64,000 nucleotides of DNA, taken from assembly GCA_964019335.1 (NCBI GenBank), contig OZ025700.1, positions 459,046-523,045 of the forward strand. The letters run 5' to 3'. The translations under genes and the position numbers were made by a program. Each line of letters opens with the position of its first letter. The stretch's first letter is position 1. The stretch comes from Diplonema japonicum. Taxonomy: Eukaryota; Protista; Euglenozoa: Diplonemea. Shown in pieces: positions 47,748-57,317 of this stretch. Under the pieces are notes generated by a model. It was given only the letters and a program-made list of their open reading frames with translations. It did not search any database and was not told where the DNA came from.

Positions 47748-48453
47748 ATGGTTACTATTATTAACTATGACAATCAGGTGAAAAAGACAAAACATTGTAA
47801 CAGCTCTCTTTTGATGCCGCAGTGGCCCTTCAGGATGGTGCATCAGGAAGCGGGAAGACAAACCTTGTGATGAATCTGCTGCTTGGGAAGGACATGCTAA
47901 CTTATGACAAGCTTTATGTAGTCTCTCCCTCACTTGATTAGGACAAGTATGTTGCACTCATAGAACACTTTGAGAAGTATGATGACAAGCTTGCAGAAGA
48001 GATTAGGAAGAGAGAAAGGTATTGAACAAGAACCCGAACTCACACCTACAGCTTACTTTCACGACACGATCGATGAATTGGATATAAACACGTTTGACAA
48101 GAGCAAGCAGAACCTTGTGGTACTTGATGACATCATGTTAGATAAGAACCAAAGTGAATATATCAACCTCTTCTCTCGAGGTCGACACTTCAACGTGTCT
48201 GTAATCTACCTTTCACAAGCATACTTCCGTGTGCCAAAGACTATTCGTGATAATAGTAGTTCTTTTATTCTTTTTTCAATGTCCCCTCGTGAAATAAACG
48301 AAATCCATAGTCGTCTCTGCACCGACTCACCGTTCAAAGTCAGAGTTTCAAGACATGTTCTTGAAGCTTGATCGCTATGGGTTCGTCTTCATAGATGATC
48401 AGTGTGTTCAGCCTGAGATGAGATATCGGAAGGGGTTTGGTGAGATCTTGTAG
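47748..48453 (+). pseudogene. Polinton/adintovirus A32/FtsK-like packaging ATPase, disrupted
   Basis: PQWPFRM..GASGSGKTN (Walker A, ~47838), VVLDD, SRGRHFNVSVIYLSQAYFRVPKTIRDN. Has an in-frame TAG and frameshifts. Confidence 0.85.
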
Positions 48454-48627
48454 AGAGAGAGAAAGCAAGAGTTGCAAAAATGCGCACTTTTTGCGCACTT
48501 TTTCTGTCTCCCATAAAAACCTGAAGTGCGCAAAAAGTGCGCAAAGCAGGTTTCACCAACCACATTTATTTTTACTTCTTCCTCACTTCATATTCTTTAC
48601 AGTTCTCTTAATACACAAAACAGAAGA

Positions 48628-50052
48628 ATGGCTCGAAAAGTTCTGGAAACGGTCACAAGCTGGTGGAGAAAGCAGTCACCTGAAACCAAGAGCATCGTCA
48701 AGTGGGGTGGAAGTGTTGCAGGCAGTCTTTTCACATACGAAGTAAACAAATTTCTCCACGTCCGTAGCCTTGTGAGTCCGGATATGCTGGCATCCACCCC
48801 AGAGCTTAAGCACGTTCGCAAAGACGTTGACACAACTGTACAGAGTTTGAAAGACTACCGCAAGAACTTTAAGCGTGAAGAGAGGCAAGCCTTTGTCATA
48901 CTTGTGGGTCCGAAGGCTGCTGGAAAAACCACTTCGATCGAGCGTGCTTTTGGTGGTTCGAAAGTGTTGTTTTTGGAGACAACATTGCAAGATGAAGATG
49001 CGACCGCCAACCTCAAAACCGTTATCGAGAACGCATTTCGGCCCTACTTTTCTTTTCTGTATAACGAAACGGCAAGGTCTATTCTGAGATATGCCGACTG
49101 GATGTCCCGCTCCAGGATATTCGGGACTGGGGAACCTCTGGTCATATACTGGTCGCTGTCCGCTAAAAAGGGTGCTGATGAGATGCACAGTCTCCGAACG
49201 ATCGCTGAGGTTGCTGCGACTAGTGCACGACAGCTCTCGTTCGACCATCCTGGTGGGAACATTGCTGTCGTCATTGAGACCTCAAACCCAACGGTATTGA
49301 TACCTTTTCTTTAACTTTTACTTTTTTTTATCCCACAGCTTGGTGCGTTAATCCCAACAGTCCACCAGACATGCGAAACCCTGTTCCTTGACCACATGTC
49401 CTACACCGACTTTGTGAAGGCCTTCGATGCAGACCCCTTTGCCAAGAATTTCACAGCGAGGCTTGGTGGAAAAGACAAGTATAAGGACCACCTGAAGGAG
49501 TATTACTCCTGCTTCAGCGGGAACCTCCGTGGGTTGAAGCTAGACTTCCTGAAGCCTTGTATGTCACACAATGTGAAAACCATAAAAATACATTCACAGT
49601 GATGGCCGTAAAGGATGCAAAGGATTTCCAGAAGGAGTTTGCAGGGCGTATGTCAAAAAACAAACAAATGAATAATGTTAATTATTACAGAGGTTGAGGA
49701 AGAGAACAAGAGTCTCAAAAAACGCTTCAGGCATGCTTGGTTGACATCTGGCCAAGAAGAGCTTTGCTTGGAGATAGCCAAACAGGGACCTGTTGGATTG
49801 AAGTACAAGGATACCGACGCTGTGCTAGACATGGTTGATAGCATCAGAGAGAAGAAAGAAGCACTTGGCCTCCTCAGGGTACAGCAGAGAAACACGATCC
49901 GCCTGCACTACATGGCGCATGTGCGCTACCTGTTAGGAAGGATGTACGACGAAGAGAAGAAAGAGTGGAAGGACAAGACACCTGAGGAGACAATGGCAGC
50001 TTTGGAAGAGCATGGCTGGCTACCCAAGACAGTCAAGGCAGGGAGTGCATGA
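48628..50052 (+). CDS. Spliced P-loop NTPase-like protein with N-terminal hydrophobic segment; three ~41-46 nt introns
   Basis: ILVGPKAAGKTT. GT..CAG introns at about 49294-49338, 49559-49599 and 49648-49690 link the three listed ORFs. Confidence 0.7.
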
Positions 50053-50829
50053 TCCTTGGTGTTTTTTTTTTTTTTTTTTCGTTCTTCCCCCCCTTGAAAA
50101 CCTTCTGATAGCTCAGCATTGACATAATAATGGGTTTGACAAGCTTCTTCTTTTCTTCTTCTTCTTCTACTTTTCCTCTTAGAGCTGCAGCATCTGAAAT
50201 CTATGCAGCATCCTTTTTATTGAATGTCTTTTTTTATTTTTATTTCACTCTTCAGAAATTACTTCACACACTGGGGGGCCCATTACTTCACGCTAAATCT
50301 CATTACTTCACGGTGAAATAATGGCCTGTTTTCCGTGAAGTAATAGGGGGTTTCTGGTAAATAATATGCCTTGGTAGGCCAATTTTTGCCTCGGTTCGGT
50401 TCCCAGCGGGGCTACTTTTTCCTCTCAGTTTGCTAATTTCCCCCAGGTTCAGTTCAATTGGCCAACTTTTGCCTCGGCTCAGTTCCAAGTTGGACTACTT
50501 TTTCCTCCCAATTTGCCCACTTTTGGCTAGGCCTTGTTCCCAGTTTCTGTGGGTAACTCTTCTGTGGGTAAGGGTAACTTAGTCAGCTTACCCAAGCTCC
50601 CCAAAAGACTTCAAAATACCGAAGCAGCAGAAAAAAAGGAGCCAGCGGCCGCGCTAGGTATGGGAAGGCCTGATTAGAGATGGTGACAGTGGCAATGCCA
50701 GCGACAGCGGCAGCTCTTAGTCAACAAAAGGAGGAAAAACAACTTGTATTGTAACCTTTGTAACCCCTCTCTTGTTGTACCCCTTGTCACCCTGTTGTGC
50801 CCCTCGTGGTGAAGTAATTTCAGAGTGTC

Positions 50830-50982
50830 GTGAAATAAAACCACTTACCTACCGCCAAGTAATGCTTTACCGACCTCTTGGTTCCGCATTTTACCATCTC
50901 GGGCCCTGTGGGCCCTCGACGGTAAAATGCGGAACCTCGAGGTAACGGTAAAGTCATTACTTGTTGGCAGTAAATAGCTATT
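50830..50982. repeat. Long imperfect palindrome (hairpin element), copy 2
   Basis: aagtaatgctttaccg / cggtaaagtcattactt and gttccgcattttacc / ggtaaaatgcggaac surround ctcgggccctgtgggccctcg. Confidence 0.8.
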
Positions 50983-51090
50983 ATTTTATTTTCTTGCCCA
51001 AAGCTTCTTCTTGTTATTGCCACCTAATAAAGAAAACATACAGGGAATAGGGATACCAAAATATATAAATACACATTAAACCAATGTGCA

Positions 51091-51687
51091 TCATTCTCTC
51101 ACCTTCTCATAAGCAATCTTTGCTGCAAACACAGGTATGCTTGCTAAATTAGTTAACTTATCTACAGGGTTTGTGTTCAATGGGTTCATGACGTTGACAG
51201 CATTGTCCTTCATAAGATAAAGGTCTGCCTTTTGTTTCATTTTCAACAACTCCTTTTTAGATTTAGCAACACGTCCTGCGTGGTGGTAACGTAGATCATG
51301 GTACATTGCTGCTTCATCCATAGTACTCTTTGGCGGTGTTTTTATTGCTTTTGAGTTTACTTTCTCCCCTTCCCATGCTCTTTTAGCGTTCGCATCCATG
51401 TTATTTATTCTCTCCTCCAACTTAGTTCCCGGACCTGCAAACGCTGCTTTTTCAACCCCTTTTGAGGTGACGACTGGTAAGTGCAACTCTGTGTTTGGGA
51501 ACGTGTCTGTGATAAACTTCTGAAGGTCTCCACCTTTCTTTCTTTTCATTGGTATAAAGGTAAACTACTTTGTTCCACACGACTTGCAGATGCTCTTTAT
51601 TGCTCGTCGCTTGTTTTTAGTTTCCACTTCCTCCCTATTTTCTGATAAAGTTCTTGCTCTACATTTAACACAATATGAAGTGCTCAT
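51091..51687 (-). pseudogene. Zn-ribbon + parvovirus-PLA2-like protein of Polinton/adintovirus type
   Basis: MSTSYCVKCR..CKSCGTK* lies in frame before ELHLP..FAGPGTKL..DEAAMYHDLRY; one premature TAG. Confidence 0.75.
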
Positions 51688-52134
51688 CTTTTATTACGAA
51701 TCTCACCAATTAGTTTCTCTTCATTCTCTTTTTGGTTTATTGAGAAGACCTTGTGAACAAAATCATAAAACCCATCCACAGGACCCTTTGAACAGTAATA
51801 TGTGTAGTACATGAAGTAGCAGCACCAGTGACCACAGAGTTTACTCATAGGGTGTTGAAGTGGGTATGTGTTGGCAAGGACATTGAGAGGAATCACCTCC
51901 TCAAGAACCGGGGTAGCAAGGCTGTCAAAGTAGAGGTTCTGGGTTTTGTTCATGTAGAGGCAGACCCAATGTGTTCCTGGTCATTAGAATCGTCAAAGTT
52001 GATAACGTAGAATCCTGTTTGCAAACCATGAGGGAGTTCATCTCACATGAAGACACCATGTAGGGGGATCTTATAGAAGCTACACCACTCAACAATGTCA
52101 GAATCATATAACCCGTCTATCTCATGCACCATCA
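51684..52134 (-). pseudogene. Adenain-like maturation cysteine protease, disrupted
   Basis: GVFM*DELP..VINFDDS..[frameshift]GTHWV..YFDS..LQHPMSKLCGHWC supplies the His, Asp, Gln and Cys motif residues. Confidence 0.8.
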
Positions 52135-52137
52135 TTT

Positions 52138-52430
52138 TTAAAGAGAACGAGGTAGAGTCTTACCTGGGATGTACAATCCTTTTCCAAACATCTTCTGTCC
52201 TAACTTCTTCCCTCCATGAGCCGCTAGAGCACTCAGACCTGCAACAATAGGTGCCAGGAATTGCAAGAAGCCACCCTGCTTCCTCATGTGCAAGAGTTGC
52301 GTTTTTGAGAGCTTCAACATCACACTAGTCTTTGAATTTACTGCTTTCATCAACTTGTTCTTTTGAGTCATTGTGATAGCTAGCTTATCACTCCCTGCCA
52401 TTGAGGGATCAATCTTAAGGGTAACACGGG
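52138..52430 (-). pseudogene. Polinton/adintovirus GGFL-motif virion protein, 5' part lost
   Basis: DKLAITMTQKNKL..MLKLSKTQL..QGGFLQFLAPIVAGL..GKGLYI; directly adjacent to the protease gene. Confidence 0.6.
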
Positions 52431-53146
52431 GGACAAAATCCAACTCACAGCCTTCACGTGGCGTCCCCTGTAAGTAAGCTTCGGCTGAAACTAATGTGAG
52501 AGGTACCCAAACTGTGGTGTGTGTGTGTGTGTGTGCGAACCTTGCCGGGGCTAGATTTAGAGCGGGCCCTGTTACCCATTCGCCCTGTCCTTGGTAAGCC
52601 TTGATGGTCGGAGGGGGTAAGGTAGCTGGTGTGTGCATGGTTCCCCCCTGTGCTGTGTATCCGCTTTCGTTGTGACCGTTGCTGAATACGAAGTAGAAAA
52701 AAAAAAGTAAACAAAACAAAAAAAAGAAAGCAACAACAAAAAAATGAAAAGAGGTTTTTTTTTAATTCAAAGTATCTTTTTGTTTTTGATGTTGGCAGGC
52801 ACTAAAACAACCTTCATACGCTAACCACATCAAAATCAAAATCTATATCTTGGACTAAAAAAAAAACACCCACTCTTCGGAGTTAAGAGAGCTTTTTGTG
52901 CGACTCCCCCTCTTTTTTGGGCAGCACCTATCTATACCTTACCAACGATTCTAAAGCTACAGTTTCTGTACTTTATTGGTCGTTCGTGTTCTGCTGGTGC
53001 CCGCCGCCTCTGCTTGGGTTTGCTGCTGCGTCCGTCGTCCATCGTCGCCGTCGTCCGGGGGGGTTGTTTTGCCCGTCGGCCTGCCCGCTGCTTACCGAAA
53101 GGATCCCCTCCCCCAACACACACTTTAAAAAAAAAAAAAATAAAAA

Positions 53147-54556
53147 ATGGATCCAAGACGGAACGCAAGAGGAGGTGACTGCACAAACCGCAGGGAGAAG
53201 GAACCCCAACAGGCCGCCAGGCTGCACACGACGCCAGGGCCGACCCAACCAGACTATCTGGTTGGGCAGTATGAATCCCCACCCCCACCCCCTAGATCCC
53301 CCCACCCCCCTTTAGAAAAACAAAATAAACTAAAAAAATCACTAGCAGAGACCGCGGTTTTGACCGCCGCTGCTACAGCCACGGCCGCCCCAGCCGCCCT
53401 GAACGCCGCAGCCGACCCTGCCGCCCTGATCGCCGCAACTGAGACCGCCGCAGCCGCCCCTGCCGCAGCCACGACCGCCGCGACCACGACCCCTGCAGCC
53501 GACCCTGCTATTGTTGAAGAGGGAAGAAAAGAGGGAGAAAAAAAGGGGTGGGTACTGGTGTATGGTGAACACCCTCCCGGGTTGAGGATGGGCCCGGCCC
53601 CTGCCTTCCCGAAAGCCCTGCTTTCAGGAAAGTGGGAGGCCCTGTCTGGGAACTCAGGGAGGGAGACCCTCCAATACGGGTACCGGTGGGAGGGGACGAA
53701 CGCCAAGGTGTGCCCCACCACGGGGATCCCAGGGGGGGCGGAGGGGTGGGTGAGGGAGGTGGCCGCCGCCGCAGGGCTCAAGGTGGTCCCCAACCAGGTA
53801 CTTGTCAACAAGTACAAGTCTGGTTGTGGGATTGCCGCCCACAAGGACGACGCAAGGCTGGGACCGATTGTCCTAGTCCTCTCGTATGGAGCCGAGACCA
53901 CAATGGTCATGAGGAGGGGGGATAGGGTGGCGAGATACCTGGTGCCCCCCTTCTCATGGGCATTGTTGGAAGGTGAAGCGAGACACCAGTGGACGCACCA
54001 CATCCCGTCCAGGATGTCCACTGGTGTCAGGGTGTCGATCACCCTGTGTGCGGTAGGCCCCAAGCTCACCTGCACACCCCAGGAAGACCCATCCCCTGGG
54101 TTAACAGACGAACCCCCTTCTTTTTTAGATCCCCTTTTTTGTGGGCAAGGGGGGGTGGCACTCCCGAGAGAGGATAGTGCCCCACCCGCCCCCTTTTTTT
54201 TTTTAGAACCCTCTTCGGAGGAAAACAGACCCTCTTCGGAGGAAAATAGAGAGAAAGGGGAAGAGGTGGCACTCCCGAGAGAGGGTGGTGCTCCTCCCCC
54301 CCATTTGTCCCCCCCTTTTTCATTTTTAGAGCCCTCTCCAGAGGAACCCTCCACGGAGGTAAAAAACAGACCCTCTTCGGAGGAAAACAGAGAGAGAGGG
54401 GAAGAGGTGGCACTCCCGAGAGAGGGTAGTGTTCCTCCCCCCCATTTGTCCCCCCCTTTTTCTTTTATAGAGCCCTCTCCAGAGGGACCCTCCACGGAGG
54501 TGAAAAACAGACCCTCTTCGGAGGAAAAAAGGCAGAGGGAGAGACAGTGTGCCTGA
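53147..54556 (+). CDS. AlkB-family 2OG-Fe(II) dioxygenase ORF1 of copy B (last Arg changed to Cys)
   Basis: NQVLVNKY, HKD, WTHHI and RVSITLC. Confidence 0.75.
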   Translation: MDPRRNARGGDCTNRREKEPQQAARLHTTPGPTQPDYLVGQYESPPPPPRSPHPPLEKQNKLKKSLAETAVLTAAATATAAPAALNAAADPAALIAATETAAAAPAAATTAATTTPAADPAIVEEGRKEGEKKGWVLVYGEHPPGLRMGPAPAFPKALLSGKWEALSGNSGRETLQYGYRWEGTNAKVCPTTGIPGGAEGWVREVAAAAGLKVVPNQVLVNKYKSGCGIAAHKDDARLGPIVLVLSYGAETTMVMRRGDRVARYLVPPFSWALLEGEARHQWTHHIPSRMSTGVRVSITLCAVGPKLTCTPQEDPSPGLTDEPPSFLDPLFCGQGGVALPREDSAPPAPFFFLEPSSEENRPSSEENREKGEEVALPREGGAPPPHLSPPFSFLEPSPEEPSTEVKNRPSSEENRERGEEVALPREGSVPPPHLSPPFSFIEPSPEGPSTEVKNRPSSEEKRQRERQCA

Positions 54557-54833
54557 GAGAAGGTAGTGCTCCTCCCTCTCTGCCCCCCATTTTTTCTGGA
54601 CGCTCTACAGAGGTGTACACCCTGGTCCCCAAGGGCCAGGGGCTTTTTTTGAGAAGGGAAAGAAAAAAAAAAAAACAAACAAGGAGAAACCTTTTTTCTT
54701 TTCAAACAACCAGGGGGACCCAGCACCCGCCCCCGCCGCCTGCCAAGGTGTGGTTGGGGCGGAGGCTGTGAGCGACGTGAGAGCACCACTGCACACCCTT
54801 GTGAGAAGACAGAAAAGAGCCCCCTGGATTGCC

Positions 54834-56366
54834 ATGGGTGGCAGGGAACCTAAGCCAGCGCCCAAGCGGAAGAAGAACAGGAGGAGGCACAGGAGCGAAA
54901 CGGCCCTTCAGAAGAGGACCAAGGCGAGGGAGGGGGCGAGGGAGGCTGCCAGACAGGAGAAGAAAAGGCACCGTCGTGCGAGGAAAGAAGGGAGGAGGAG
55001 GGCCCGCAGAGAGGAACACGAGGCCGCCCTGGAACAGAAGCCAGATGACCCTGCAATGGGGCTGAAGCGGACCGAGGTGGGAACGCCTGGAGCCCAACCC
55101 CTGGCACCCAGAATCCCGGCACCTGGGGCTGCAACCGGTGCAAGGAGGCACCGCAGACGGACGGGACACGGCAAGGAAGGGTTCGAGGGCCGGGTGGAGA
55201 TCATCCTTGAAGAAGGAACGGACCCTGGAAGGGAGAGGACTGAGGAGATGCTTCTTGCGAAGGCCGAGTCGCTGGGTGTTCCGCTGGAGGTGGCTATGGC
55301 TGGCCAGATTGGTATTGCTGGACTTGGATACATGATGGTAAAGCAGTACTTCGCAAGCTTGGAGGGTGGGTCGGACGGAGAGCGCCGCAGCCGCATTGTG
55401 GGTTGTGAGGTGCAGAAGTCGGAAACATACCGCGAGTTCGAGTTCCCGAGGACGGTCCAGGATTTCCAGATCACGTACGCATGTGGGTGTTCGGCGGTGC
55501 AACCTGTTCGTTTCAAGGGTGGCGTGCTCAAGGGGACTCTGGAAACGGCATGGAGGGTGGTCAAGTTGCAGACCCGGGGGTGCAGACACCACCCGACACC
55601 GGGGAAGGAAGGGGTAGTGGACATTGCGGCGGGAGCCGGCGCTACCAAGGTGACACTACGTGAGTTCTTGGAGAGGTGCGACGCAAGGATAAGGGCCCCA
55701 GTGGGAAAGGTCAAGGACCTGATCAAAGTGAAGGCGTGGGTGAGGGATGGAAGGAAGGTCACCCTCGACGTCTACGAGGGGAGGGGGCCCTGCGAGAAGG
55801 AGACGAGGCGCACTGTCCAGGACCATCTGCGGAAGATGGGTGTTGAAGAGGTCGACCTGCAGTCAGCGGTGGTGACGGTCCCGGGGTTGTTCGAGGACGT
55901 CTCCTTTGAGAGGTACCTTGGGCTGTTGGCCCGGAAGAAGGAGGAAGACAGGGAGAGGCGGCCTGAGGTGGTTGCCACGGACCTCCCCACCCTGGAAGAG
56001 CTGAAGTGGAGCAAGAAGGACAAGAAGCGGGCCCGGGCCCGATCGGCCAGTACTGACTCGGATTGTGTGGAGGGTGGCTACATCTATCTGAAGGGTACGG
56101 GGGCGGATGGCACCGTGGTCGAAGCCAACATATGCAGGGGTGAGCTCAAGGGGATGACCGGGCCCCAGTTCAAGTTCTTGGCGGAGCACAGGTTGATGGA
56201 AGAGCTGGGGAGCGACGACCTGGTGCGGGACATGGTCAAGGTGCGCAACAAGGAGAACTGGGCCCCGGTGAACAGTGCGGTGGCTTGGCTGCAGCTCGAG
56301 TCGGGGAGGGCGCGGGTGGGGCCCATACCCCACAAGAAGAGGTCCAAAGGCTCGCTGGCCAGATAG
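54834..56366 (+). CDS. In-frame fusion of the ORF2 basic N-terminus and the C-terminal extension (copy B)
   Basis: ..GHGKEG|FEGRVEII.. is open across the deletion junction. Confidence 0.6.
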   Translation: MGGREPKPAPKRKKNRRRHRSETALQKRTKAREGAREAARQEKKRHRRARKEGRRRARREEHEAALEQKPDDPAMGLKRTEVGTPGAQPLAPRIPAPGAATGARRHRRRTGHGKEGFEGRVEIILEEGTDPGRERTEEMLLAKAESLGVPLEVAMAGQIGIAGLGYMMVKQYFASLEGGSDGERRSRIVGCEVQKSETYREFEFPRTVQDFQITYACGCSAVQPVRFKGGVLKGTLETAWRVVKLQTRGCRHHPTPGKEGVVDIAAGAGATKVTLREFLERCDARIRAPVGKVKDLIKVKAWVRDGRKVTLDVYEGRGPCEKETRRTVQDHLRKMGVEEVDLQSAVVTVPGLFEDVSFERYLGLLARKKEEDRERRPEVVATDLPTLEELKWSKKDKKRARARSASTDSDCVEGGYIYLKGTGADGTVVEANICRGELKGMTGPQFKFLAEHRLMEELGSDDLVRDMVKVRNKENWAPVNSAVAWLQLESGRARVGPIPHKKRSKGSLAR

Positions 56367-56412
56367 GCCAGCAGGGGTGTGGGGGGCTGGTCCCCCCCCG
56401 CCATAGGAAGAT

Positions 56413-56443
<31 letters not shown>

Positions 56444-56563
56444 CTGAGAAAAAAAAAAAGGGAAAAATAAAAGAATAGGGAACAGGTGCTACAACGGCCA
56501 GGCTAGATAGAACCACTTAGATTTTTTTTTTTTCCTTTTTTTTTTTTTTTTCTTTTTGTTTTT

Positions 56564-56595
<32 letters not shown>

Positions 56596-57007
56596 CTTCT
56601 GTTTTTCTTTTTTTTTTTTTGGCAAATAACAATGGACCCACCCGTGCGAAACTAGGGGGAAGAAACTAAAGGGAGGAGGATATCGGGGTGCACGGCGGAG
56701 TGAAGAAGGGACGGGAAAGGCTTTTTTTATTTACTTTCGTTCTTTCTCGTTCACTGGGAACCAAGGAGAGGTAGGGGGGGAAAAAGGTGAAAAGAAGTTC
56801 AAGAAAGTTGGGGGGGGTGGGAGGGCTATCGAAACTTGAGAGGAAGAGATGGAGGAGGGAAAAAGAATTAATTAATTTTTTTTTTTTTTAAAACCTAGAA
56901 CCCATATCAAACAATCTTTTTCATTTTCTTTCTTTTAAACTTTTAAACTAGGAAGATTAAAAATTTTAAGATAGAAAGAAAAATAAGAAAAAGAAACAAC
57001 AAAAAAA

Positions 57008-57039
<32 letters not shown>

Positions 57040-57317
57040 ATTAATTAATTAAAAATAAAACTAAAAATAAAAATAAAACACAATTTAAGACTAAAACTAA
57101 AATTAAAAATAAAAATAAAAATAAGCTCGATGATTTAAAGGAAGCTGGTTGGGGCACCCTTTGACTAAAATAAATAAAAATAAAAGTAAAAATAGAGAGG
57201 GAGAAGAGAAGCAGACAATCAATTGCTTTCTTCTCTTTCTTTTTATCCCTTTTTTTTTTTTTTTTTTTTTTTTTTTCCCTTCCCTAAAGAACGTTTGTTA
57301 AATAAAAAAAATAAAAA

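Larger units (their letters stand above)
53130..56620 (+). mobile_element. Retrotransposon copy B: non-autonomous derivative with ~5.3 kb internal deletion
   Basis: 5' part matches 57318-59363 and 3' part is the reverse complement of ~38270-39693. Junction at ~55181. Confidence 0.9.

Noticed and set aside
52414-52580. TTAA-flanked insertion with gggtaaca / tgttaccc ends
   Set aside because: Only an 8-bp match and no second TTAA; insufficient support.
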